Source: Nemertoderma westbladi (Eukaryota > Animalia > Xenacoelomorpha). Taken from it: a stretch of 64,000 nucleotides of DNA. Where the stretch lies: the NCBI GenBank assembly GCA_032718475.1, contig JAUCBJ010000347.1, positions 741 to 64,740 on the forward strand. Direction: 5' to 3'. Position 1 is the first letter of the stretch. Each line of letters starts with the position of its first letter. The notes under the pieces are model-generated. The model searched no databases. It saw only the letters and a program-made list of their open reading frames with translations, and had not been told where the DNA came from. The position numbers were made by a program, and so were the translations under genes. Of this stretch, positions 26,601-38,700 are shown piece after piece.

Positions 26601-29600
26601 ATAGGTAGGTAATAGATAAGACATTAAACAGTTTCTGGCCGACTATGTTTGAATGATCACAGGGAAAAATCCCTAATGATAAGTGGTCAATTCTAAATCC
26701 ACATACTCCTATTTATATTATAAGAACCATCAAAAAAACTTTAGGTTACTCTATATATATTATTGTCATGCAGTGCTCAATTGTAATCAACTGCCCTAAT
26801 AAAAATACGGTTGTGGTCAAATTATTAATCTTAAATATTATAATTCCCTGTGATTGTTGTTGCAGATAGCACAACCACCACTAAGAAATGTGTTTCTTTC
26901 ACTGTACCGGAACCATTCACAAAGTTCACGTTTACCTTCGCTTTCGGAAATACTTGCCAAAACAAATTAGTTACCGATGTTCTCATTATTCCAGAATCAA
27001 AAACATTGAAAATGATGACGAAGAAAAATTTCGTATTCCCTACATTTATGAATAAGTGAGTTTTATAATTATTACTATTTTCATTCACATATTGACTGTG
27101 ATACATAATGTTATTCGTTCATCTATATATTTATTGTCAGTTTTATAATTATATTTTCCATGTAATATTCCATACTCCCTAACGGTATAGTTTCTTAAAA
27201 TAAACCAAAAGTTTTCTGCAGCCACTACAAGGGAATACGCACACGTAAGACGACTTGCTTACATATCCCCCCCCCCCCCCCCCCTCCCCCCAGAACTATA
27301 CTCCTCAGAGGAAACTGGAACTCATTTAGAGAAGATTTAAGGATGCAAGGCAGATACGAACCATGGAACTCCCTGCATTCCCTGGTCTACTTGCAGGGCT
27401 CAAACCCACGAATTCAGGAACCAAAAATGCGAATTCACGGGACAGGAAAAAGCTGCTACAATACATTAGTGAAACTACTTGGTCTAAAAATTAAAAATAC
27501 ACAAGTGAAAGTATTATAACCTGAAAACGAAAACAGGCTACCATAACAAAGAACCTGACAACAGGATAACATAGGAAAGAACGTGACAACAGGCTAACAT
27601 GGGAAAGAACCTGACAACAGGCTAACATAGGAAACAACCTGACAACAGGCTAACATAGGAAAGAACCTGAGAACAGGCTAACATAGGAAACAACCTGACA
27701 ACATGCTAACATAGGAAAGAACCTGACAACATGCTAACATAGGAAAGAACCTGACAACAGGCTAAGATAGGAAAGAACCTGACAACAGGCTAAGATAGGA
27801 AAGAACCTGATAACAGGATAACATAGGAAAGAACGTGACAACAGGCTAACATAGGAAAGAACCTGACAACAGGCTAACATAGGAAAGAACCTGACAACAG
27901 GTTAACATAGGAAAGAACCTGACAACAGGCTAACATAGGAAACAACCTGACAACAGGCTAACATAGGAAAGAACCTGACAACATGCTAACATAGGAAAGA
28001 CCCTGACAACAGGCTAACATAGGAAAGAACCTGACAACATGCTAACATAGGAAAGAACCTCCCAACAGGCTAACATAGGAAAGAACCTGACAACAGGCTA
28101 ACATAGGAAACAACCTGACAACAGGCTAACATAGGAAAGAACCTGACAACAGTTTAACATAGGAAAGAACCTGACAACATGCTAACATAGGAAAGAACCT
28201 GACAACAGGCTAACATGGGAAAGAACCTGACAACAGGCTAACATAGGAAACAACCTGTCAACAGGCTAACATAGGAAAGAACCTGACAACAGGCTAACAT
28301 AGGAAACAACCTGCCAACAGGCTAACATAGGAAAGAACCTGAGAACAGGCTAACATAGGAAACAACCTGACAACATGCTAACATAGGAAAGAACCTGACA
28401 ACATGCTAACATAGGAAAGAACCTGACAACAGGCTAAGATAGGAAAGAACCTGACAACAGGATAACATAGGAAAGAACCTGACAACATGCTAACATAGGA
28501 AAGATCCTAACAACAGGCTAACATAGGAAAGAACCTGAGAACAGGCTAACATAGGAAAGAACCTGACAACATGCTAACATATGAAAGAACCTGACAACAG
28601 GATGACATAGGAAAGATCCTAACAACAGGCTAACATAGGAAAGAACCTGAGAACAGGCTAACATAGGAAAGAACCTGACAACAGGCTAACATAGGAAAGA
28701 ACCTGACAACAGGCTAACATAGGAAAGAACCTGACAACAGGCTAAGATAGGAAAGAACCTGACAACAGGCTAACATAGGAAAGATCCTAACAACAGGCTA
28801 ACATAGGAAAGAACCTGACAACAGGCTAAGATAGGAAAGAACCTGACAACATGTTAAAACAAGAAATTAAAATCGGCAAAAAAAAAGCGCAATTCCGAAG
28901 TTCTAACGAAAAAAAATTATAATAATACCGCCCTAGGGTAAGGATCAGATTAAATCGTATAACCGCATAAGAATAAACAATTCAGTAAACGCATTTTTAT
29001 TTTAAAAAGCAGAAATTTTCTACTACATTGCAAACTCAATAGAAAACTTCAACAGACAAATTTACGTTGAATAAAACATCGATCTATGCGTGATCGTCAT
29101 CCAACTCCGATCACACCGCCCTCTGGGATTTAACAGATTAAGGCCTATAAAATATATTATTCCGCCGTATGAACCATTCCCAATTAGCTCACACTTGATT
29201 TAATATTTATAAGAATTATCAATTAAATATCAATTAGCGATACTCATCTCTCTGATGGATTTTTTCGTAAAAGGTTTTAGTTGAATAACATATAGGTAGG
29301 TACTTGAAATGTCCACACCTACCTATGAAACAATATACAGTATTAATACAGTATAATCATCATTTTATCTAAATGCAATAATTTTGTGCAATATATAAAT
29401 TTATTGCATTAGTCAATATAAAAAGCAATAATTTTTGCCCCATTCATATTAATTAAGTTGTTAATTATCTGTTTAGATACACCTACATGGCTTACTACGT
29501 ACTCGAACGTTATTTCATAACCAAGAAAGCAACCAACATCCCGAATAAACTCGAAACTACAGTCCACTTCACCTCTCCTCGAACCTTTGATGTAGAGTTC

Positions 29601-32600
29601 AACCTACCAGATGAAACAGCAAGGAAACACGATATTGAGCTGCCATTCAGTATGCCATTCTTCGATACCACCCTCCTGACGGAATTGTTGACCCCCAGTC
29701 TGTGGGCAGAGGATCTCGTAACTGATGAATCGATGTTCTCATGGAACTACTTGAACAGATTCTTTGATTATCATACCAAGAAACTACAAAGTAAGACATT
29801 AATATCATCATTAATATTAAAGTTTTGTATTTGATTATTAATAATTTTCGAACGTTCAGTTCAAAGATATCCTTAAGTATATGATGCTTACATTGTATTA
29901 ATCTTATATTAACTTACCAATTGCCATAAAGTACTTCAAGAATCTAATTAAATAGGCTAGTCGTTGAAGATAGTAAAAACTGAGTAATAATATCTAGAGC
30001 GCTCTTAATAAATTATCTAGAACGCTCCAGATATTTTTTTTCAGAATGTCCCTATAGGGGCTCCGTTCCTACACACTGACTGTTACGTGGAAAAATGTTT
30101 CCTGTAATTGTGCTAATTAATTATTATGAGAGTTATTAATACTGTAACGTATCATTGCAGCATTCGGTAAAGTTGAGGAGAATTTCATAGAGACATTCGA
30201 TGGCCTACGATTACCCATGGAACTTCCACCTAAATGCAAATTCGTTCTCACTAAAGAATGCACATCGCAACCTCAGTTCGCTATTCTAATCTATCGTCAA
30301 AACGAGGAATCAATGAAACAAGCCCTGGAAATCCGCATCAAAGACACGTTAGCTGAAGTTTTGTAATATTAGGCATTATTGAGGACAACTTTTAGTATCG
30401 TTTAGTACGTATCACAAAATTGTGGAAACATTTGAGTAAAATAATAGTTCCTCACTGATAAATGAAAGCCTTGATTATGTCCGATCAATAAAGGGAGACA
30501 AACTGAAAGTATTTGTATTATGTATATTAATTTAAAGCAGTTATAGTTACGTACTCGCTACATCAGGCGACTGTGTAGTCTATATCTTACAATTAAAACC
30601 AAATATGATTTTATACTATTTTTATCTAACAATAAAATAGGTTCATCAAGTTATTGCCCCAGCTGACTGTCCAAGTCAACGATCAACCAATCAGCATCAC
30701 CAACGAGTTCACCGTCCCAATTGTTATGGCCAAAATCGTTAAGGAAGGCCCCGTAATAACCGTAACCTTGCCTTCTATTGGACTCCTAGTCAAATATGAA
30801 CCCCAGGCTTTACAGACTGTGACACTTAAGGTAAGTTTAAAATCTACTTTATACACACAAATAAACTAAGGGTAATGTAATTTACTCCCAAACTAGAATA
30901 TTACTTAATACGCAAGATGATAAATAATACAGATGATTAGGGTAGGGCCTAACACCAACCAGCAGACTGTACCAGTGCAAGCAACAGCAAACGATAAAAT
31001 GTGCAATAACTTTAAGCTGTGTTGTTAGAATTTCTTAATCAATTATTACAAATTTAGATATATAATTAAGAGATGAAGAGATTTGAGTTGATATTGAACG
31101 CTGCTGATTTCATTTCAGCACGCTCAAATATCATTATGTAAATATATATTACTAAAGTTATTATCCATAAATAGTTGTAATAATTTTTAAGTTCAAGTCG
31201 AAAGCAATTTGTCATCACAATGGTATTCCGAAATATGTCCATAGAGGTTGAAACCGGTTTAGCAAAAATGTTGGAGAATTACAAGCTGTTGATGACATTA
31301 AATTACTTATTTATAATTTATTTTCTAATAGAATCATTGATGACCTTGTAATATGTATTGAAATTTACAGATCGTTCAAAACTTTTACATGTTTAAGCAT
31401 CCATCAACGACCAACCAGGAGCTATGTAGCTGGTTTTGTATTGTATTCACTATTTTCAATACTTTCTAGATTGCCCCAATGTTCCACTCGTCACTGTGTG
31501 GTCTCCTTGGCAACTGGAATGGTATCCAAGAGGACGATTTGAGTCTCCCCAACCAACTGATTGTCCACCAACCAACCGCTTTCATTCACGCCTGGCTCGT
31601 TAAATCGGAACGCTGTGAAGAGGAGGGCTGCAGTCTGGAATCCAAACACTTAGTTGTTGAGGTAACCGCCTTGAATCAGGTTGATAACACTTGCTACTCT
31701 GGGATTCCTTTACTGACCTGTCCGGAAGTGTGCAACGAAGTTCTTGGAGAGACAGTCCGAGGTATGTAAATATTAATTGTATTGATATGCTTCGTAGGAT
31801 TACAACGGTGAGTAGAGCAGGTAGGGGGGGGGGGGGGGGGGGGGGAGATTGGACGCAATAGAAATCCTTGCATGGTCATCTTTCCGACAATATCAAAAAA
31901 TCGCTATAAGGTTGAAGAATAACTGCGGTGTAACTAGCGCAATACTGACGGAGACACCTTTTTTAAACGCTTGTAGCTAAAGATTGAAAGCAAAAATAGA
32001 ATTTCCGGCTCACCCAGCAAGGAGGAGGGAGGTGAAACTATCTCTGTTTCAAATTTCATGTAATCTCATTAAGATTTGTAGAAAAAATTTTTTGGGGGGA
32101 GGGGGGTGGGGTCCAGGTACCTCAATAACGACACTATATTCCAGGACATGGTGTATACCCAACATTTGGAAAACGGGCTTAGTATACTGTATATCATCCA
32201 TTCACCTTCGAATAAGAAGTATAAAATGTAAACAATGAACACGTCACGTAATTTAGAGTCCAGTAATATTAAATTAACTTTCCTGGAGAAGTTTTTTCCC
32301 GCCCAACACAAATATGAAGTCCATTAGCAGTCCCAATAGATAAAGGCGACAGGCACCCTGTCGCCCTGGGGGTTAGAATCAGTGAAGGAGACACTTTGCG
32401 CCCCTTGTGGTTAAGTTTTATTTGTCTAAAGGCGTCACAGTGCCTCCATAATGAACATGGTCCTAAAATTTGTTAGAATGTTAAAGGCGGCATTTTAGGT
32501 AAAAAGTTACTCTCCGTATTTTATATAATATTATAAGTATAATATATTTTCCATTTATTAGTGGGATTCTTTTGCGAACCTACATCCACTTTTGAGTCCC

Positions 32601-32740
32601 ATCTCTACGACACCGCGTTACACTCTAGGACCACCGGGTCGAATTACGCAAATCGTTTCGAAACGCAGAAATACGACACTTTCTTAGATGTTACAGTTGC
32701 CAGAACGTGCGACTGCGAAGCTTGGTGTAGTAATCAGTAA
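11628..32740 (+). CDS. Vtg: vitellogenin / large lipid transfer protein (signal peptide, Vitellogenin_N, DUF1943-like, VWD); 22 exons, about 1528 aa
   Basis: Exons: 11628-11691, 12708-12859, 13074-13343, 16307-16462, 16693-16853, 17629-17824, 18853-19035, 19342-19569, 20481-20681, 20864-21096, 21696-21918, 22079-22354, 24156-24421, 24785-24976, 25123-25388, 26023-26190, 26866-27055, 29477-29790, 30161-30347, 30641-30830, 31470-31761, 32562-32740. All introns are GT-AG, phases are consistent, and the total is 4587 nt. Motifs: MSKILLVLALLVLAVQA, LNIFKGIINLIQ, QEIGIDGECETTY, TKTRNLEHC, IKAVGN, ELRILAF, QLVSYVYSYFQSLA, VPTIMG, IETFDG, CGLLGNWNG. Confidence 0.9.
13369..15048. repeat. 43-bp minisatellite, about 39 copies (Vtg intron 3)
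   Basis: Unit CCAGTGTATGTACCTACCTAGACCTACATACGTAGCAGATAAA; the first two units are 42 bp. Confidence 0.97.
15320..16221 (+). mobile_element. 5'-truncated RTE-clade LINE (RT C-terminal half)
   Basis: Motifs DLDFADDL, DFCYLGSWI, RKGKAWAALNRL and LLYGSPCW; short (TAG)n tail; 11-bp TSD TATGATATGCA at 15309-15319 and 16222-16232. Confidence 0.9.
19897..20081. repeat. 87-bp tandem duplication
   Basis: AAATACTCTAATTCCAACTGTACCGAGAGC... occurs at 19901 and again at 19988. Confidence 0.9.
22720..23820 (+). mobile_element. degraded CRE-like non-LTR retrotransposon fragment (Vtg intron 12)
   Basis: GC-rich island encoding SCLSFPKL...FDSVIHDALS...SW..KAVLPISMGG.CLRRA, typical of the CRE post-RT region. 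Interrupted by poly-C tracts. Confidence 0.55.
27546..28856. repeat. 28-bp minisatellite, about 47 copies (Vtg intron 17)
   Basis: Unit GAACCTGACAACAGGCTAACATAGGAAA. Confidence 0.97.
31905..32085 (+). repeat. dispersed repeat family (other copies ~43600-43900, ~44690-44910, and inverted at ~57980-58230)
   Basis: Shared core AAGGTTGAA(G/T)AATAA(C/G)TGC(G/A)GTGTAACT...GGAGACACCTTTTT...TAAAGA(A/T)TGAAAGC. Confidence 0.7.
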
Positions 32741-34042
32741 ATATGGTTACCTAGCAACTCAGTGTAATAATCAAAGTTGACGACGATGACCGACCAATCA
32801 CTACGATATAAACTGTTTATTAATTATCAATATAATCATACCAAATCTGTTCTGTGCTACAGTATATTAGTACGTTCCTGGGTAACAATTAATTAGGGTT
32901 TATTTATGACTTTGTGCAGTATACCCATAATTTATAAATTATGTTGTTGACTTTTGTGGTGTATTGGAGAAATTGTGCAGTAATAATTCTGATTAATTAT
33001 AAATTAAATTATTAAGCTAATTACATTCACATACATAATTTTTAACATTAAAAAATAACTGCATTTAATAGCAACAAAGTAGAAACAACATAATGTAGTA
33101 AATTTAGTATTTAATTAACAGCATTGTAATCAACAATAAAAGTATACCTAGTCTAATTAACTGATGCATATTCGACTCTCATTGATAGTTTAGGCCTACT
33201 ATATTTAGTAGAATAATCAATTGAACTAAATAAAATCTCGAAAGTAAATTTTATTTTTATTATTTCAAACGAGTTTTTTATATTTTGTGTGCTTTATTTA
33301 ACTTCACTTGGCTTTTGAAAATTAAATTGATAAATTAAAAATCATTTACAACATTTTATTTGGAAAATAGCCTACTGATTTGGCACATTGAAAGGCTACG
33401 TGTTTCGGTGAGCTATTTTAAATGGTTAATAATTAATGAACGAAATTAATCAAAAGTTTAAATAAATATATATAATTTTAATTCAAGAGAATCACATAAC
33501 TAAATAATGTATAATCAATGCTATGGGCAACGCTTTTAGGAGAAATAAAGTAAAATCAATGTTTTGTATACTGTCAGCACACAATGTCCTACAGTATAAT
33601 ATATTAGGCCTATCTATATTATATTGTTCATTAAATTACAATCACTTCTAACAGAATGAATTTAAATTTGTAAATTCAATATATAAATTTAAAAAAAAAG
33701 CTACAAAATATTATATAATTATATTTATTTGTGTGAGAATAATTCAGCGATCATGTCGTTATGTCCGTCCATACACGCCATACGTTTACTATGTATGTGT
33801 CCAGTATATCACCCCACGTCATACTAAATAGTCATATAACGACATTTGAATAGCCTACACATTAAATTATATAATAACGCAATGTATCTAAAATTATTAC
33901 GAAATGTCTGAGATTCGAAGCAACGATTACCGTTCGTGACCCACGGTTCCATTTATTAGCGATATAAATTGAAAAATAATTTAATAGATATATAAAATTG
34001 AATAAGATTGCAATCTTGCAGTCTCTAGAAACTTATGCACAA

Positions 34043-34100
34043 CATACACATACACATACATACATACATACATACATACATACATACATACATACATACA
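34043..34100. repeat. (TACA)n microsatellite
   Basis: Read directly from the sequence. Confidence 0.9.
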
Positions 34101-35750
34101 CCCCTCTTTGTACAACCCCCATTCTGGGGACCGTTATTTCTATCGGTCGGTTCTGGGGTCGATATTGATTTCTTATGCACAACATTTCTTATGAACTTAT
34201 GCACAACATACACATACCTTAATTTTTCACAAATAAGTGGCACTTTAAGCATTTCACTTTTATAATTTTATTAAAATTGATCTCGCTGTGGCTCAGGAAA
34301 TATCATCAAACAATTAGCAAATATATCAATTAGGAGAAATTCAAATCCTCACTACTGTAATACTGTAATTAATACTGCTCCTCAAGTCCAATACATATAT
34401 CTACCAATACCAGTCCAAAAGGATAAACAACGATTATTTATTAAACCTATGTAATATATAATTACTAAGAGCAGTTACCGGTAGTTAATGTAATTTTAGT
34501 TTTAATAAACAAATATACTGTAGTGTAGGCCCTACTGCATAATATTAAATATACTGTAGTATAATTTTATTTTCTATGGTCGAGAAATTTTTAAAACATG
34601 CGATATACAGTATAAACATATGAGTGAAATATTTCTTCACATCGAAAGGGAGCAGTGAAAATTAAGTTAGAAAGCTTATTATAATATATGTTTTCCAGAA
34701 TTTAGAATCTAATTTACCTATATACTGTATAACCCAAATAAATGAGTTTAATACCAAGTTAAATTAGTATCATTTTCACAAGTCAGCGTGAAATACCCCG
34801 TGAAAAAATGTAAACTCAATGATGGACAATGGAGTGCTTGCTATATATCACGGCCTGAAATAAAGTACCAGTATTCTTTCAGTATGTTTGTACCCTATTC
34901 TATGGTTAGGCTGAGGTAGGCCTAACAGTAATTCATTCATCACAGATGCAGACATCACAGAGATACTGTACTTAAGTTGTTACCGGTACCATACCGAGGG
35001 GGACCTGTGTCACTCATTCTGTCGGTGACTGAGACAGGGGGAACTGGACGCAAATGCCATCTCGGCGTATTAATGTTGTTGAATTCTAAATGCAGGGAAA
35101 GGAGCAGGTTTCAGCGGCACCAAAACAATAAACTAAAGTCAAAAAAACATGTTACAGTTATTATTTTTGGGAATATTCAGCTGTTATTCGCGTTGCATTT
35201 GCCATGTTGAGAGATTTTTATTTTTATTGTTTTATTATTATTATAATATTGTTATTATTATAGATTTTTATTGTGTCGAAAATGCCCCCCTATCTGCGCT
35301 AACTACACCTAGTAAGCCTGATTAAGCTGCAGACAGCACATGCTACATAAGTTGTTAACGGTACGGTACCGGTATAAAAATCGATTTATATTTAATAAAA
35401 CTTCGAAACTTAAAAATAAACGACATATTCAATAAATAAAGTACCCGTATTTCATACTTCCAGGCACTCGCTTCATATTTCACTTACTCACTACACTCGT
35501 TCGTGGAAATATTCCCACTCGCGCCGGCGTGAAATACAGTGCTACGTTTTTTTATTTAAATAAAAATATAAATGTACTGTAGTTATTATAGGTAGGTAAG
35601 TATTGCCCTTGTTAGTTGCAAGATATTATTAACTCCAATTACATAATACTGTATATGACATTAAATCAGTTTAATTTGCTATATAAGAAATTTATTTAAA
35701 CGCTCCAAGTTATTATCCAAGTTGCATTTTATTAAGTTAAATATTTTATT

Positions 35751-38700
35751 TTATTTTACTAAAATATAAATTATCGCTATACCGACAATAGCGATGGCAT
35801 TGGCGCTGATTGAAGTGGCGGCATCTTCGTCACTCGTACCTGGTTTACAGAGTTTGCAGAACTTCATACAGTGCTCGTGCATGTAGTCGCTATTGCGGGA
35901 ACATTCATCGTCACCGTAATCTTTACATTTACTATCTTTATCGACGCACACATCGCGGTCTCTCTCGTCGATACAGATGCGACACGTCCGACGGCAGTAG
36001 AGATGCATATAGTCGGGGTTGCGGGAGCACTCGGCGGGTTCGTAGAGGTCGCATCGCTCGTCCCGGTCCTCGCACACCGTCTCCGCGGAACCGCAGATTC
36101 CGCACGTACTCCGACAGTTGTTGTGCATGTAGGCCGGGTTCCTGTCGCACTCCTGGTTCGCGTAGCCGTCGCAGTTACCGTCGATGTCCGTACACGCTGT
36201 TTCCTCAGTAGGTGCATCCTTACATAATCCTAAATATGAAAGTATGGCAGGGTTTACAAAGGTTTACAAAGTTTACAGATGGTGGCGAACCCCATAGCGA
36301 CAATTTTAGCAATGTCGTGTATTTTGACGTACAAACCAACAGACAAACGGACATTTTTACTGACAGATAGACAGGCAGATTAGATTTTTCCAAACATAAA
36401 AACTGATGTCACAAATGAAATCAGCGACGAAGAAAACATATGCTTTGTGCTTCATTGATAACATTCACAAATTACTATTTTAATTTTTGCGTATTCAGTC
36501 AGAAGGAGACAAATAATTTTACGCGGGATGATATAATTTTAAATTAATTTAACGCGGAATTAATGGGCTGGCTTACATTTTGGAGACAAGCTGCCCCCCC
36601 CCCCCCCCCCCCCTAATATAGATCCGCTTGGAAATATTTTTAATCACCATCACTACATTCGTTCCTGACACAAATTACTAGGATCAGAACACTGTAAAGT
36701 TATACCTTACAGTTAGACAGAAGGATGAGAATAGTTATGTGAGTATAAGAGGACTAACGAACCGCAAGACTTGTAACAGTGTTTCTTCATATAATCATGG
36801 TTATTCTGACATTCACCTCCAGCAGCCCACATATCGCATGCGGTGTTATCATTAACGCAAGGTTGGATTTCTTCTCGTTCTATTGGTTCGAATTCCCCTG
36901 GAAATAATTTACACAACCTGTCTGCGCATCGGCTATTGGTTGGACACCAGGAGCAGCTTGGGCCTGGTCGATATGGTCGCTTCGTCTATGTGAGAAATAA
37001 AATTTATTAAAATTCAACAGTGGAAAGGAAGATATCGCTCTCAGACAGTTAGAGGGAAGTCATCTTAAAAAATGAGGGGAATTTCTTATTTGTTTTGGAC
37101 TGTATTAGTCGAGTCAATCTAGCAAAAAAACCATAAGTATTTCGCAATCAATCCGAACCACACATTTTGGATTCTATATTACCTTATTAATGACCAAAAA
37201 AAAGTCTATAAAGTTTTATTTTGCGGATAATATGTTTATTCATGGAAATTCTGCGTAAATTTGCATAACACAAGCTAAACAAAAGGAACAGTAGGGAAAA
37301 GTAAGTAGCAAATTGGTGATGTTCCAGAATAATTTAATTAATTTCACAATAAGCTGTGATTCAATGGGAAATTAGTAATATTTACACTGGCGTGTTACAC
37401 ATTAATTGCTATATCTCGGAAACCAGAAGTCGCATCAAATTTTTAAATATATCTAAAACTTCACGATTTATTAAGGTAACCGTTGTAAATAAATTATACA
37501 ATTCCACTGCAAGGAAATTTCATAATTTCCATTAATGTTAGTGAACATTTTTCACATACTCAAATTCTTATTGCTCTATTGATTTTAGATGTAATTTATT
37601 TATTTGTTTTAGTTTGAAAACCACAATAGTTTATCATATAACGAATAAATTTTTTGGGGATAAGGCTTTTTGAGGTCGCTAAATCCGATGGGTGAGGTTA
37701 CATCCACCCGTTTAGTAGAGAAGTTGTGTAAATAAGGTTCTTATATTGTACCAGCAAAATTGGTATTAAAAATGGCTAAATTATTAGACAAATTTCCGTT
37801 GCTCTGGAAACTAAATTGGTAACCATATAGAAGTGCATACTTCAGTCAACTGATAATCATTAGAGAAAAGTTTGACTGTACCAAATTTGGGACAAATCCC
37901 ACCAATAGACCCCCTTGTTGCTATGTAAAATCCATGTTGCTAAGGAAAGAAACAGGAAATTGAAGGTGATCCGCATAATATATTTTTACAGACTTTTTTG
38001 GGGGTGTTAACAAGGTAATGTAGAATAAATAAATTGGTTTGGATGAATTGCGAATTTGTTATGGGTTGACACCCTTTTTCGGCTAGATTGACTCGCCTAT
38101 ATAGTAACATGCTACATTCTTCAAACAAACACCCCCCCCCACTCCACCCAGAGCAGCCCCCACAACCCCCTATTAATTAACATTATTAGAATAATATATT
38201 ATTATAATTTATATCTAAATATATATTAAATATTAAAATGTTTATGTATAAGCTTCTCTATTTGGGGAAACAGCACCCGTTTCGGTCGTTTGCATTAACG
38301 AAGTGTCTCCTAGTGTCAATCGAATTTCATATACAAGCATGAAAAACACACGGGTGCGGTATGGTAGGGCTATACAAACACAATGAAGTATATAAATTAT
38401 GAGGGAGGGGGAGGGGGAGGGATATGGATACGTTGGGAAGATTAGGCGGTAAATTGAGAGGAAATTGATGGGAGACAGTCGGAACGCAAACGGGAATTTA
38501 GGCAAACGAAAATGCCTACGAAAAACGTTACGTAACGCAAGCAGGACGTTTGACAAATAGCTCTAAATTTAGCGTAATGTATCGTTGTCATAGGGCCCTG
38601 TTTGCATACCGTCTTACCCACGTCCAAACAGCGAGTCCTAGCAGTCTACCATATACCCTGTAAAGCACACACGAGGGGTGTGGAAAAATTCAAGAAAAAT

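Noticed and set aside
35810-36227. Overlapping Arg/Thr-rich ORFs on both strands
   Set aside because: These are shadow frames of the GC-rich ShK exon.
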